A DNA stretch of 64,000 bases from Candidatus Marinacidobacterales bacterium (lineage in GTDB: Bacteria; Acidobacteriota; Vicinamibacteria; Marinacidobacterales; SMYC01): contig OZ250169.1 of the NCBI GenBank assembly GCA_965237955.1, forward strand, positions 3,392,001 through 3,456,000, read 5' to 3'. The notes beneath the pieces were generated by a model that was given only the letters and a program-made list of their open reading frames with translations, had not been told where the DNA came from and ran no database searches. Within the stretch, counting starts at the first letter, position 1. Every line of letters starts with the position of its first letter. The position numbers were made by a program, and so were the translations under genes. Shown piece after piece: positions 1 through 10,906 of the stretch.

Positions 1-1544
1 TCCTTCCCGTCGGGCGCTCCCCAAAGCGTGTCATAGGGACGATACGGCTCGTAGGGGCTATGCGGGTCGAGCGCGTGGAAGAAGACGAAAAACGGGACGT
101 CGTGATGCGCGTCGAGCCAGGGGAGGAGTCGGTCGACGATGACGCGAGCCGACTTCGCGGTATTGGCCCGATCCGGTTTGCGGATCGATCCGCTTTCGTG
201 GAGCACTTCGACTCCCTGGTGAAGGTTGGTGCCCTTCCCGGAGAAGCCGCTTGCCGAGCCAGCCCAGGTCGCGTAGCCAGCTTCGCGAAACGCTTCGGCC
301 ATCGTATCCGCCGACGCCGGCAGCTTGTGGTTCAACTCGAAGATACCGTTCGAGCTCGGATACGTTGACGACAACATCGAGGGGACCGAGACTTTGGTCC
401 ATGCGCCCTGGGCGATGGCATCCGAGAACAGCGTGCCCTCTTCGGCGATGCGACTCACGGTGGGCGCGGTCGAGCGTTGGTAACCGTAAGCGTCGAGGTG
501 GTCTCGGCGGAGCGTGTCGAGCAGAATCATGACGACGCCGCGCGGCGCACCGGGGTCGTAGCCACCGCGGCTCCTCACCGTCGGCGTCCCCCAGAATCCG
601 ATGGCGCCGGGCTTGTCCGATTCCAGGCTGAGGGTGAGCTCGACGTCGGCGCCGGCGAAGGCATCGAGATCGATCGGGACTGGCTCCCAGCGATGCGGCA
701 TCGAAACCGTATGCTCGAGCAATACATCGTCGTCGAGAGTGACGCGAAAGGTGACCGGGCCGTCTTCGACGGTCCCCACCGCGAGGTCGAGCATCGGTCG
801 TGACGGCAGCGAGAGATTGAATCGAGCCTCTTCCGGTGAGCGTGCGACGACCGTCTCGCGGTAAACCTCGGAGAGCCCCTGCCAGCTCACGCCCGCGGGG
901 ATGCCGGCGAGGTGTTCTTTTCGGAAGACGAGACGTAGCGATTCGATCTCGAACGTCGCACCTTCGACGTCGGTCGGTCGCAGCAAAATGTGGCGGATTC
1001 CTGAGGCTTGAAACGATGCCCGTGCCGCCGAGCCGGCATTGATCGAGTAGGTCTGAAGGTCGTCTCCGGGAATGAGCGGTGTCGACAGGGGCCACGGAAA
1101 CTCGTCGGCGGTCGCGGCAGTGCGCTCGAGATTCAAACTCTCGCTACGGCTGAAGGTGACGGTCAGGTTCGCGCCCTCGGACACGCGGGCACGCACGATC
1201 ACTTGATGCAGCACATCGGGGTCGTCGAGTCCACTGTGCCGCTCCACGTGCACGATGGGAACGTTGGTGATCGAGCGCCCCGCGAGAACGTTGCCGTCGA
1301 CGCGGAGCCCCGAGACACCGGCTCCAGCCTTCCACCCGACGTCGTGTCCCTCCTCGAAGCGCCACTCGGTCGGCTCGGGAGGTGCGCCGGCGGCGCCTGT
1401 CCCCCCCGTTCCCCCCGTCCCAATGACGCTCGCCGCAGGGAACAGATCGACGAGTCTCAGGACGGTGGGCTGGTTTTCGGAACCGGCGCACGCGACAAGA
1501 ATGACGACGCTCGTTAACGTGAGCGAGAGTAGACGGAACGGCAT
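1..1544 (-). CDS. Sulfatase-like hydrolase/transferase (alkaline phosphatase superfamily), probable lipoprotein; 3' end runs off the window
   Basis: Manual minus-strand translation from ATG 1544 (GGAGG upstream): MPFRLLSLTLTSVVILVAC..., later GVVMILLDTLRRDHLDAYGY, AQGAWTKVSVPSMLSS, FFVFFHALDPHSPY. No stop before position 1, so it is absent from the ORF track. Confidence 0.85.
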   Translation of the reverse strand, partial: MPFRLLSLTLTSVVILVACAGSENQPTVLRLVDLFPAASVIGTGGTGGTGAAGAPPEPTEWRFEEGHDVGWKAGAGVSGLRVDGNVLAGRSITNVPIVHVERHSGLDDPDVLHQVIVRARVSEGANLTVTFSRSESLNLERTAATADEFPWPLSTPLIPGDDLQTYSINAGSAARASFQASGIRHILLRPTDVEGATFEIESLRLVFRKEHLAGIPAGVSWQGLSEVYRETVVARSPEEARFNLSLPSRPMLDLAVGTVEDGPVTFRVTLDDDVLLEHTVSMPHRWEPVPIDLDAFAGADVELTLSLESDKPGAIGFWGTPTVRSRGGYDPGAPRGVVMILLDTLRRDHLDAYGYQRSTAPTVSRIAEEGTLFSDAIAQGAWTKVSVPSMLSSTYPSSNGIFELNHKLPASADTMAEAFREAGYATWAGSASGFSGKGTNLHQGVEVLHESGSIRKPDRANTAKSARVIVDRLLPWLDAHHDVPFFVFFHALDPHSPYEPYRPYDTLWGAPDGK

Positions 1545-1571
1545 GGTGAGCATCCTCCAGCGTGGAGGATC

Positions 1572-4351
1572 CTATTTGCGGGAGGGAAGCGGTGCAACGT
1601 TACGCCAGTGTCGTTCGATGGCTTCGTAGCAAACGGCGGCGTCGCGCTCCCACGCCGACCACGGCAGCGGAAACAACGAGAGCCCGGCGCGCGCGAACAT
1701 CCGGTAGCGTTCGAGGTCGATCGCCGCCCCGAGCTCGCCCGAATATCCGATGATATCGATACCGAAGGCGCGGCCTTCCTTTTCGACCACCAAGTCGACC
1801 GTGGACCCGGCGACCGCGTAGGTGGGCCACAGATGAAATCCCTCTTGTCGAAGCCGGCTCATGACGGCTTCGAGGAACGCGTCTTTGACGTGCGCTCCAC
1901 CAAGTTGGGTGGTTTCGGGCGCGCGCGCCATCTGGTTCAAGTAACGCGCGAGGAGCCCGTGTTTCGACACGTCATCCCCGGTGAAAGAAGTGAACACGAT
2001 CTGGTAGTCGCGCGCTCTGGTGATAGACACGTTGAAGACATCGGCCTGGCTCAAGTAGCGAAACGACATCGGGTGACTCTGCACGTCCACCGCGAGTGAC
2101 AGCAGCATCACATCGCGCTCTTCGCCCTGGAAGCTGTACGCGGTGCCGATGAGAAGGTCGTGCTTTTCGATCGTATCGAGCTCGACGCGGTCGAGAATCG
2201 CTTTCGAAAGGTAATCGACTTGGTCCCGGAACGGAGACAACACCCCGATGGAATGGCAAGCGGAAGCGTCGAGGGGTTGCTGGGAGTCGATCCGTTTCAC
2301 CAGCTCTTCGATGAGCGCTTCGGCTTCAGCTGCGTTGACGCCGTTTTTAGCGCGGAGGCCGGAGACGTTTCGGATCTCGACGGCACGCGCGCGCAGCGTG
2401 TCTGGTCTCGCGGTCATGATCTGGAGCGCGCCTCCGTAGAACTCTCGATTACTGAACTCGATGATTTGGGGCATGCTGCGGAAGTGCTCGTTCAGAAACG
2501 CGACTTGCTCTTGTGACGCGAGCGCATCGTCCACGAGGTCGAGAAGGCTCTTGTCGCGGTAGTCGAGCTTCGTTTTGAGGGTGTCGTCGAGGCCGTGCTC
2601 GTCGGCGATAAGATCCTGACGCTCGCGCGCGAGAAACGATACGTGCCGGAGCTGTTCCGGATCGCCGGTGACCACTGCGCGCCGCGCCCGGTGAAACGCG
2701 GGAAGAGGGCTTGCCATATCGCTTTGAGTCGCTTCGTCCACGATGACGAGGTCGAAGAGCTCGCGCTCGAGGGGAACCAGCCGGTAGAGGTCGCGAAACG
2801 TCGACATCCACAACGGGAACGCCTGAAGGAGCACACCGAGGTCGGTCTGGTTGAAGAGGCGCTCCTGCCGTGCCGACGTTCGTGCGCGGATCGCGCCGAG
2901 AAAACGCTTGAGCTCGCCCCGGTGCTTCGCGAGAACGTGTGCAATCTGGCTCTGGCGAGTCACGCGTAGAAGCGTGGACGCAAGGCGGATTCGCTCTTCC
3001 TGATCCCGCTCGAGCCGCTGGTGGAGCTCCCAGTGAGGTGTGGCGCGCGACACCCGCCAGTCAAGAAAGGCGAGACGCAGCCGGGCGAGCGTGGCCAATT
3101 GCTTGCGACGTGTCTGAAGCTCGCTCCACGCGTGCTCGAGCGCGGTGCGTTCGCTCAAGCGTTTCTCGTCGCGCGCGATCGTCGCCATCATTCTTACTAG
3201 TTGACGTCTGAGCGAGGTGGGTGTCGGGTGGTCGGCGGCGTCGTGATGGCCGCTCAACAGCTGTCGGAGATACGTCTTGAGCTCGCGCACGTAGTCCCGG
3301 GAGCCGCCGCGGAGGATCGTGGTCGTTCGGCCCAACATCGCATGGAGCTTGGCTTCGATGACGTCGAGCGCGCGGTCGGTGCGGCAGGCGATCAGCACCG
3401 ATTCGCCGCGCATGATGTGATCGACCGCGACTGCGGCAACGGTGTACGATTTGCCTGTCCCCGGTGGGCCGACGATGAGCGTGAGCGGGTTGCGGCGCGC
3501 CGACGTCAGGATCTTCTGCTGCGCTCGGCTGAGGACCGCGGGTACCGTGGAGGTCACCGGAGGCGCAGCCGTATCGTCTCCGCGAGAAACGGCGTCGCCC
3601 CCGTCACTGAAGAGAACGCGTGTCGGTGTCGAGAAAGTCTCGCGGAGCTCGGCATCGGCGAGCTCGAACATCACACCTCGCGTTGCTCTCGGGTTCGAGA
3701 CCAGCGCCATCATCGCCGAGGGAAGACAGGCGAGGCGCGAGTCTTTTTGCGCCTTACGCACACCTCGTTCACCGACGAGCTTCGGGTAGCGATACATGGC
3801 GTCGACATCCGTGTGAGGCAGGAAATCGCGGAATATCTGCATGAGCGCCGACAACGACACCTCGTCGAACGGAGGCTCGGGGAAGCGAGCGAGGATTTTT
3901 TCGAGAACGTCCGAAGCACCGTCGTCTTCGCCGAGAAGCTCGGCAAAGAGAGAGAAGTTCACGTTTTGTTCGTGGTGATCGACGGCGAGGTAGATGAGCT
4001 CTTCAGCCGAAAAGTCCGCCTTCTCGAGCTTCGCCGGGTAGTAAACGACGGGCGCGCATAACTTGCGCTCGGTGCCGTCCTGCCCAGAAACAGTGCCGAC
4101 GACGAGGAACGCCGCGCAGATCAGACTCTTTTCCCGTTTGTACGTCGCCCCGCGGCTTTTTGCGCCGCGATGCCCTTGTCGAGCGGCACGGCGACTCCGT
4201 CTTGGAGCCCGCTCAGAAGCACTTCGGTGTCGGTGACGAAATGGCGATGCTGGACATCCTTGTGCAGCAGGTCGAGCACTGAGCTTGCGCGGTTGTCTGC
4301 CTCGTGGCAGGACGCGAGATAGCCGATCGGATCCGATTTGGGCACGCTCAA
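1572..4351 (-). CDS. SF1 helicase (AAA_11/AAA_12, DNA2/NAM7-like) with C-terminal restriction-endonuclease-like domain; one frameshift near 4150
   Basis: GPPGTGKS, DEATQ, GDPEQL, EHFRS, FQGEERD, NVSITRAR motifs; C-terminal 'VDLVVEKEGRAFGIDIIG'. ORF 4121-4351 joins the frame ATYKREKSLICAAFLVVG at gccgcggggcgacg. Confidence 0.85.
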
Positions 4352-4453
4352 CGTTTTGGACTTCGAGAGGAGTTGATCTCAGTGTAGCGGATCACAGATG
4401 TTGGTGGTGCTAGAATCCACATCGAGCGAGTGTGGTGCCGTGGCGAAGGTGCA

Positions 4454-4504
4454 CCCGTCACCCGGCCGCGCTTCGCCCACCCTCTCCCCTTCGGGTAGAG
4501 GGGT
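4454..4504. repeat. REP-like palindrome (ccctctcccc-ttcg-ggtagagggg type)
   Basis: Intergenic hairpin between the divergent helicase and ParB-like genes; single copy in the window. Confidence 0.45.
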
Positions 4505-4519
4505 ATTAGGAACGAGAGC

Positions 4520-5512
4520 TTGATTAAGAAGAAAACCAAGCCGGGCGCGTCGAGAAAACGGCTGACCCCTCGGAAGGAAAAGCGAGGCCCCTCCGGAGCC
4601 GACGTGCTTCTTGGTGTGGACGACCCCTCGTTGGCGGAGCTTTCCCAGCGCGTGCGCGACGTCGGGGGCACCCCGGTCGGCGCTTACCGCGAGCCGTTCT
4701 CGGGGACGCCTCTCCTGCTGGCGGTGTTGCCTCTCAAAGCCGTCGAGCCCACACCATTTCAGCGCGATCTCTCACCAACGCACACCAAACGCCTCGCGCA
4801 GAAGATCGAGGAGGTCGGTGTCTTTCTCGATCCGCTAATCGTGGTCCAAGCACCCGACGGCCGGCTGTGGACGCCGAACGGTCGCCACCGTCACGCCGCC
4901 GCGAAAGTGCTCGGGCTTCAGGCGGTGACAGCACTCATCTCGCCCAACGAAAATCTCGCGTTCAAGATCCTCGCCCTAAACACCGAGAAAGCTCACAATC
5001 TGAAGGACCGAAGTCTCGAAGTCATCCGCATGGCGCTCGAGCTTGCCGAGCGCAAGCCGCGGAGCAAAGAAAAAGACTACGCCGTCGAGCTCGACGAGCC
5101 CGCGCTTCTCACGCTCGGCATCATCTACGAAGAGCACCGCCGCTTCGCGGGAAGCCCGTATTTCTCGTTTCTGCGCAAGGTCGATCGGTTCGCGACCGGG
5201 ACTCTCGTGAAGAGTCTCCAGCAACGAGAAGGTTGGGCAGCGCGGCTGAGAGAGGTCGACGATCGGGTGAAAGAAATCGTAGCCGAGCTCAAGGATCGCG
5301 GTTTCGGCTCACCCTATCTGCGGAACCTGGTGGTGGCCCGCATCAACCCGGTGCGGTTTCATCGCGCGAAGAAGGGTGATACGAAGCCCCCTATGGCCCT
5401 CGGCGCCGCGCTTACCCGCATGGCGGCCTCTGCGCGCACGTTCAACGTCTCGACCGTACGCGAGCAGGACCTGGCGCTCGTCGCAGCCTTGTCGAGTGGC
5501 GATGGAGACTGA
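4520..5512 (+). CDS. ParB/Srx N-terminal domain protein (orphan, no parA)
   Basis: PTPFQR...FLDPLIVV...WTPNGRHRHAA...ALN pattern of the ParB/sulfiredoxin fold. Confidence 0.8.
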   Translation: MIKKKTKPGASRKRLTPRKEKRGPSGADVLLGVDDPSLAELSQRVRDVGGTPVGAYREPFSGTPLLLAVLPLKAVEPTPFQRDLSPTHTKRLAQKIEEVGVFLDPLIVVQAPDGRLWTPNGRHRHAAAKVLGLQAVTALISPNENLAFKILALNTEKAHNLKDRSLEVIRMALELAERKPRSKEKDYAVELDEPALLTLGIIYEEHRRFAGSPYFSFLRKVDRFATGTLVKSLQQREGWAARLREVDDRVKEIVAELKDRGFGSPYLRNLVVARINPVRFHRAKKGDTKPPMALGAALTRMAASARTFNVSTVREQDLALVAALSSGDGD

Positions 5513-5826
5513 GAACCGTGACTAATCGAAATCGTCTATCGCCTCGACCCGGAAGCAGAATCGCTCCGTCCATCCGACGCCGGTGAAGCAAGGCGAGCGC
5601 TCGAAAAAGGCAACGAGCGTTTCGCGAGCCTCGATAGCCGTGGCAAAAACGCTCATGTTCGAGAGTTCATCGCGATCAACCCGCGGGCGCTCGGGATCTC
5701 TCCCATCGAGGGCACTCCGCCCGAGCAAACGCCTCCCGCCGCGGTTCTCGGCTGCTCCGACGCCCGTGCCCCGGTGGTTATCGCTGGCAGCCGGTTCGTG
5801 ACTTCGATTCTCGATGGCCCAGCGTA
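5502..5826 (+). pseudogene. Beta-carbonic anhydrase N-terminal remnant
   Basis: Frame from 5522 reads LIEIVYRLDP...ALEKGNERFA...[16 protein letters not shown], then loses similarity and stops at 5826. The start ATG at 5502 is out of frame by one base. Confidence 0.7.
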
Positions 5827-5858
5827 AGCAGACCGACATCTTCTGCGAGTAACGCCGG

Positions 5859-6328
5859 GAGTAACGCCGCGGCCACGCTTGTCGGGCGAAACCTCGGTGC
5901 CGAAAAACCCGAGCGGGCGGAGCGCGCCGTGTGGATCACCGGCATGTGGAACATGGCGTTCATGGCGGTGGTCAACGGTGGTGTTCGTCGCGTTGGCGCC
6001 TCAGATCATCCGCATTTTTACGTCGGATCCGATGGTAGTGCCGATCGGGATCGAGAGCTTGCGGATCATCAGCTGCGGCTACGTGTTCTACGCGTGGGGC
6101 ATGGTGATGATGCAGGCCTTCAATGGCGCTGGCGACACCGCCACGCCGACGTGGATCAATTTCCTTTGCTTCTGGCTTTTTCAGATTCCGCTGGCGCTGG
6201 TTTTGGCGTTTTCGATGGGCGGCGGCCCTAAGGGAGTCTTTGTCGCCATCGCGCTGTCGTACTCTCTGTCAGCGATAATAGGCGTGATCCTGTTCCGTCG
6301 CGGGAAATGGAAGCATCAGAGAGTCTAA
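5859..6328 (+). pseudogene. MATE family efflux transporter, C-terminal fragment with frameshift near 5975
   Basis: [21 protein letters not shown]...[21 protein letters not shown]...FRRGKWK; the N-terminal majority is absent. Confidence 0.85.
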
Positions 6329-6331
6329 ACG

Positions 6332-6900
6332 CTACGACAGGGGGTTCGCCTTGGCCATCGAGTCTATCTGCCAGGCGCCGTCGCCAACCTTGGAGAACGA
6401 GATCTCGACGAGGGCTCCCGCGGTAATCGTTTGTCCGTCACGAGTGACGAGCTTGTCGGTGCGGCGCACGCGCGCCTGGGCTTTCTCGCCCTGATGCTCG
6501 ATCCGGAGCACGGCAAAAAAGATCGTGTGAGAGCGGGCCATCTTGAAAGACGCAACGATTCGCTTCTCGTCGTCACCTTCGAGCGTTCCTGGATCGCTTC
6601 GGTGTAGCGAACCAGCGTTTGCCGCAACTCGTCGCGGTCTTTCTTCGCGGGTGTGTTACCGACCCGCAATGCTACCTGTCTCACAACAGCGTCGAAATCG
6701 ACGCCGGCGCGTTCCGCTGCCGCCATGTTCACCACGAGTTTTTTCGATCCCGCGCTGACGCGGAGGCCGATGACGAGGCCCCGTTCGACGTCAATAGGCG
6801 AGCCGGCGAGGGTGAAGACTCCGGCCGCCTCGGACGCGGTGACGATCGAGCGGACGTTCTCTTCCATCCCTGCGGGTACATAGAGCGGATACGAGGTGCG
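6332..6900 (-). pseudogene. Fragmented YfiR/DUF4154-like plus NTF2-like domain protein
   Basis: 'KLVVNMAAAERAGVDFDA' resembles the YfiR C-terminus; frame break near 6583 into LEGDDEKRIVASFKMARSH...GAWQIDSM; no convincing start. Confidence 0.45.
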
Positions 6901-7111
6901 TGCGCGTCCATGCATCCGCGGAAATCTCAGGAGCGCCTCTGGAATCGAGCACGGGCCACTTCTTCGTGGCCGCGCGGCTCGACGCGCGTCAGAGCTTATG
7001 ACGACGTCGTCACAGAGCTCGCCCGTCCCGGGTATGCGTCTCCTTGAAGCTTGCTCGAGACCACGTTCCCACCTTTCGTTCTGTATGCTAGCCTGATCGT
7101 AGTGTCAGAAA

Positions 7112-9337
7112 ATGTCGACGCCACTGCCCCCGACAAGAATTGTTAAGAATGTCCCATCCCAGCGCGTCATTCTCGATGCGTTGCGTCGAAGCGTATCTCC
7201 ACCGCCCGTCTCGCTGACGTATCGGCTCGGGCTTCTCGTTGCCGGGTGGACGATGGTCCTCCTGCCGCTTCTCTACCTCGGCCTCGTCGCACTACCCGTG
7301 TACGGCGTCTATCTGCACGTCATTCATAATCGCGGGCTCGCCGGTAGTGGAATCTTCGCGTCGATCCTCTATTTTTCCGTCGTCCCCATCGGGGGCATCA
7401 TCGTCTTTTTTCTGATCAAGCCCGTCTTCGCCGAGGCCTCCAGGCGCCAACACGCTCATCAACTCGACCGACGCGACCAACGGTTTCTCTTCGCCTACAT
7501 CGAAACGCTCTGCCGGACGCTCAAGGCGCCAGCGCCGGCGCACATCGAAGTCGACGTCCTCATCAACGCGTCCGCGGGGCTTCATCTGGACATGGTCACC
7601 CGCACCCGTCATGGTGCCGTGCTGACGATAGGGTTGCCGCTGGTGTCGGGGATGAGCCTGCGCGAGCTCACCGGGGTGCTTTCCCACGAGTTCGGGCACT
7701 TCCGACAGGGATCCGGGATGCGGATGAACCAGAGGATCCATTCGATCCAGACGTGGTTCGCGCGCGCCGTGTACGAACGCGACGAATGGGACGAAAGGCT
7801 CGTGGAGTGGTCCGAGGACGAGTCCTGGTTCGCGCTCATTGCTCAGCTCGGCCGGCTGGGCGTCTGGCTTTCGCGGCAGTTCCTGTGGGTTCTCATGGTG
7901 CTTGGCAACATTATTAGCGCTCTATTCGTTCGACAGATGGAGCACGACGCCGACCGCTATGAAGTCTTGATCTCCGGGAGTGACGTTTTCGAGAAAACGG
8001 CGATGCGGCTTCGCGTCCTCTCGGTCGCGAGCGATGTCACCTATGGGGAGCTCGCGGAGACGTATCAAGAGGGCCGGTTGGGGAACAACTTGCCAAAGCT
8101 CATCGCATCCAAAGCCGACTCGTTCACCGACGAAGAGAGCAAGACGATTCGCGATGCAGTCTTGTCACAGAGCACGGGCCTGTTCGACTCACACCCCTCG
8201 GATAGCGAGCGCAACCGGAGGGCGCGCGAGGCTTCTGAGGCCGGTATCTTTCGACTCGATGTCCCGGCGAGCGTGCTGTTCGACGACTTCGACGAGCTTT
8301 GTCGTCGGGTCACGCTCGGCTTTTATCGCCGCCAGCTCGGCGAGATCCCCTCCGCGAGCCTTGTCTCCACCGAGGACTTTCGCGGCACGCAGGACGAAGA
8401 GCGCTTGGGTCAGGAGGCGCTCGCGCGCTACGTCCAAGGCCTTTTGAGCTCGAGCCGCATGCTTCGGCTCGAGATGCCGGATCTGTCGATGGCGCGTCGA
8501 CCGAAAGAATCCCTCATGGCACTTATGACCGCGCGGATGCAGTTCGAGGAGATGCTGCCGGAGGCGAAGACCGCATACGCGCAACTAGGCCGCGCCTTCG
8601 AGTTGCAGGAGAACGTATGGCTTGCACGGTGTCTTCTGAGTGCAGGCATTCTTCCCGACGCACGATCGTTTCGCTTGCCTAGCGGCGATCGCCGGGGTGT
8701 CGAGCGTCTCGAAGAGAGAGCGGCATCGATCGTGACTGCGCGGCTTCCATTCGTCGAAGCGTGGGAGAAGAACTTGCGCCGGCGTATGGCGGCCGCCTTG
8801 GAATGTTTGCACCACCCCGAGCTCTTCGCGGAGGGCGAAGAGCACGATGCTATGGTTGCGCATTGTCAGGAGCTTGCAACGGCCCAGCGCGAGCCCCAAA
8901 AAAATCTCGATGATGTTCTCGAGCTCCGAAGGCACCTCGGTGCGCTCGAGCTTCTCGGCGCCCAGCTTTCGGACGAGAATCATCAAGAGCTGATCGACCA
9001 GCTCGGGCTCATGCAGAACCAGGCGCACGAGCACCTCATAGCATCACGCGACGGGCTCATCTACGCCCGCCACCCGTTCGCCGGCGGTGACGAAGAGATC
9101 ACGATCGGCATGTATCTCATCGAGAGACTTCCGGAGCGACGTCTCGCACTGGGCCGAGCGCTGTTTGAAGTGGACGCGCAGCTGATGACGGAGGTCTACG
9201 AAGCCGGGCAGATCGTCGGCGAGCGATACTACTCGCTCTATCTTCGCGTGCTCGGCGCGCTCGCAGCCATCGCCGAGAAAGTCGAGTCGAAAGCGGGCCT
9301 TCCTCCTCTACCCAAGGTCGAGCCGACAGAGGACTAG
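7112..9337 (+). CDS. M48 family (HtpX-like) membrane zinc metalloprotease with long helical C-terminus
   Basis: N-terminal TM segments, INASAG, HEFGH zinc motif, RQMEHDAD, DSHPS. Confidence 0.9.
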   Translation: MSTPLPPTRIVKNVPSQRVILDALRRSVSPPPVSLTYRLGLLVAGWTMVLLPLLYLGLVALPVYGVYLHVIHNRGLAGSGIFASILYFSVVPIGGIIVFFLIKPVFAEASRRQHAHQLDRRDQRFLFAYIETLCRTLKAPAPAHIEVDVLINASAGLHLDMVTRTRHGAVLTIGLPLVSGMSLRELTGVLSHEFGHFRQGSGMRMNQRIHSIQTWFARAVYERDEWDERLVEWSEDESWFALIAQLGRLGVWLSRQFLWVLMVLGNIISALFVRQMEHDADRYEVLISGSDVFEKTAMRLRVLSVASDVTYGELAETYQEGRLGNNLPKLIASKADSFTDEESKTIRDAVLSQSTGLFDSHPSDSERNRRAREASEAGIFRLDVPASVLFDDFDELCRRVTLGFYRRQLGEIPSASLVSTEDFRGTQDEERLGQEALARYVQGLLSSSRMLRLEMPDLSMARRPKESLMALMTARMQFEEMLPEAKTAYAQLGRAFELQENVWLARCLLSAGILPDARSFRLPSGDRRGVERLEERAASIVTARLPFVEAWEKNLRRRMAAALECLHHPELFAEGEEHDAMVAHCQELATAQREPQKNLDDVLELRRHLGALELLGAQLSDENHQELIDQLGLMQNQAHEHLIASRDGLIYARHPFAGGDEEITIGMYLIERLPERRLALGRALFEVDAQLMTEVYEAGQIVGERYYSLYLRVLGALAAIAEKVESKAGLPPLPKVEPTED

Positions 9338-9519
9338 CGCCGTCTATCCCTCCAGAGCTTGTACAAGATCCGCGAGCAGATCGTCCGCGTGCTCAAGTCC
9401 AACCGAAAGACGCAGCAGCTTGGGAGGCGCCGCTCTTGACAGCGATCGTTTCGAACTTCATAGAGGGAATTCTAGCGCGCTACCGCGCTGCTTCCGGATT
9501 GCATGAGAACAAAAAGATC

Positions 9520-9624
9520 AACGCAAAGACGCGGAGGCGCAAGGACGCAAAGAGAGATCGGTCGTGACCTGTAGCCAGCGTCTTGGTGAAAATCAGTGCT
9601 TTGCGCCTTCGCGCCTTTGCGTTT
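9520..9624. repeat. Inverted 8-bp tandem-repeat array pair (cgcaaagr family), copy 1
   Basis: aacgcaaa gacgcgga ggcgcaag gacgcaaag ... ctttgcgc cttcgcgc ctttgcgttt. Confidence 0.85.
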
Positions 9625-9657
9625 GTTTTTCTAGGGGAGCGTTTGCGGAATCTACGA

Positions 9658-10365
9658 CTAATCCACGATCCGTTCGACTTCGCGGACGCGATCGCGATCG
9701 ATCTCGCCGTCTTCCCAATGTTCGAGGAACCGCTCGAAGCTCTCCTCGGCGTCGTCGTCGCCTCGCTGCTCGTTGAGTTTGCCGAGAAAATGGAAGCTTC
9801 TCACGTAGCGCACTGGCTCGAAGAGCCGTTCTTCCGTCGAACCGACGATGCGCTCGCACCACCGTATCGCTTCGCCGCGGTCTCCGGCGTCGCGATGGGC
9901 AGTGGCGAGTGAGTACCAGATAGATGAGCTTGGGGTAGCCGTCGCTCGTGAGCATGACGTTTCCGGGCTTCAAGTCCCGGTGCACGATCCCGTGCTCGTG
10001 AGCGTAGCTAAGCGCTTGCGCGATTCCGGAAGCAAGCTCGAGCGCTTAGCTCGCAGGGAGCGGTTCGCGCGCCATGCGTTCGGCGAGGCTTCCCCAGCGG
10101 AGAAGCTCCATCGCGATAAAGAGGACGCCGTCGGCTTCGTTGATCTCATGGATGACGCCGATGTGAGGATGCTCGAGGGAAGCGGCGGCGGTGGCTTCCT
10201 GCACGAATCGCTGACGGCGCTCGGGCTCTTGGACGAGATTCGCAGGCAGGATTTTCAGCGCTACCTCGCGGTTGAGCTTCTCGTCGCCGGCGCGGTAGAC
10301 GATCTGCAGCTCGCCCCGACTGAGCTCTTCGAGCACCGTGCAGTGCGAAAGGGTTTCCCCATCAT
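9658..10365 (-). pseudogene. Ser/Thr protein kinase-TPR protein pseudogene with large internal deletion
   Basis: [22 protein letters not shown] kinase motifs; in-frame stop at 10046; DFG lost; then a jump to a TPR-like C-terminus ([14 protein letters not shown]...[15 protein letters not shown]) ending at 9658. Confidence 0.85.
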
Positions 10366-10459
10366 TGTATCGACACAATTCCCCTTGATTGGGACTACGG
10401 TGCGGGCTCGAGGATGTTCCGTCGCTTCCGGCAGGGGGGGACCGGGGGAGGCGTAGTCG

Positions 10460-10547
10460 TGGTGCCGGAGGAGGGACTCGAACCCTCACAGCCGCGAGGA
10501 CCGCGGGATTTTGAATCCCGTGCGTCTACCAGTTCCGCCACTCCGGC
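10460..10547 (-). tRNA. tRNA-Leu (CAA)
   Basis: GCCGGAG/CTCCGGC acceptor stem, anticodon loop TTCAAAA, long variable arm, GGTTCGAGTCC T-arm, encoded CCA; 88 nt. Confidence 0.97.
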
Positions 10548-10906
10548 AGGATGGCACTCATCGCCGATGCGAGGAACGCAGTCTAACAGATGCGCTCGAG
10601 CTGCCCAAGCCTCGCTTTAAACTATTGAAACAAAGCTGGTTGCCGCAGTGCTGTGTCCGGATGCGTCGCCTGCGATTTTGGGTGCGGTCGAGGACCTACA
10701 CTCGGGGGCCATCTTTAATAAGGGGCGCCTCAAATGAATTCGCATCTCGTTAGGTCTTGTGCCTATATTGGCTAATATACAGTTAATTGACGGGGCTTGG
10801 CATCGAAACGATCCCCCCCAACTCTCCTAAACGCATTATTTAGTAGACTTTGGACGGGGGCTTATGTTACAATTCAGGCCGCATTTTATTAGAAAGCGAG
10901 GTGTGA

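Noticed and set aside
58-1095. 345-aa Arg-rich minus-strand ORF
   Set aside because: Wrong frame; the real gene is the sulfatase-like frame that runs off the window.
9340-9460. Short coding-like stretch (LQSLYKIREQIVRVLKSN)
   Set aside because: No start and no recognisable family; cannot be supported.
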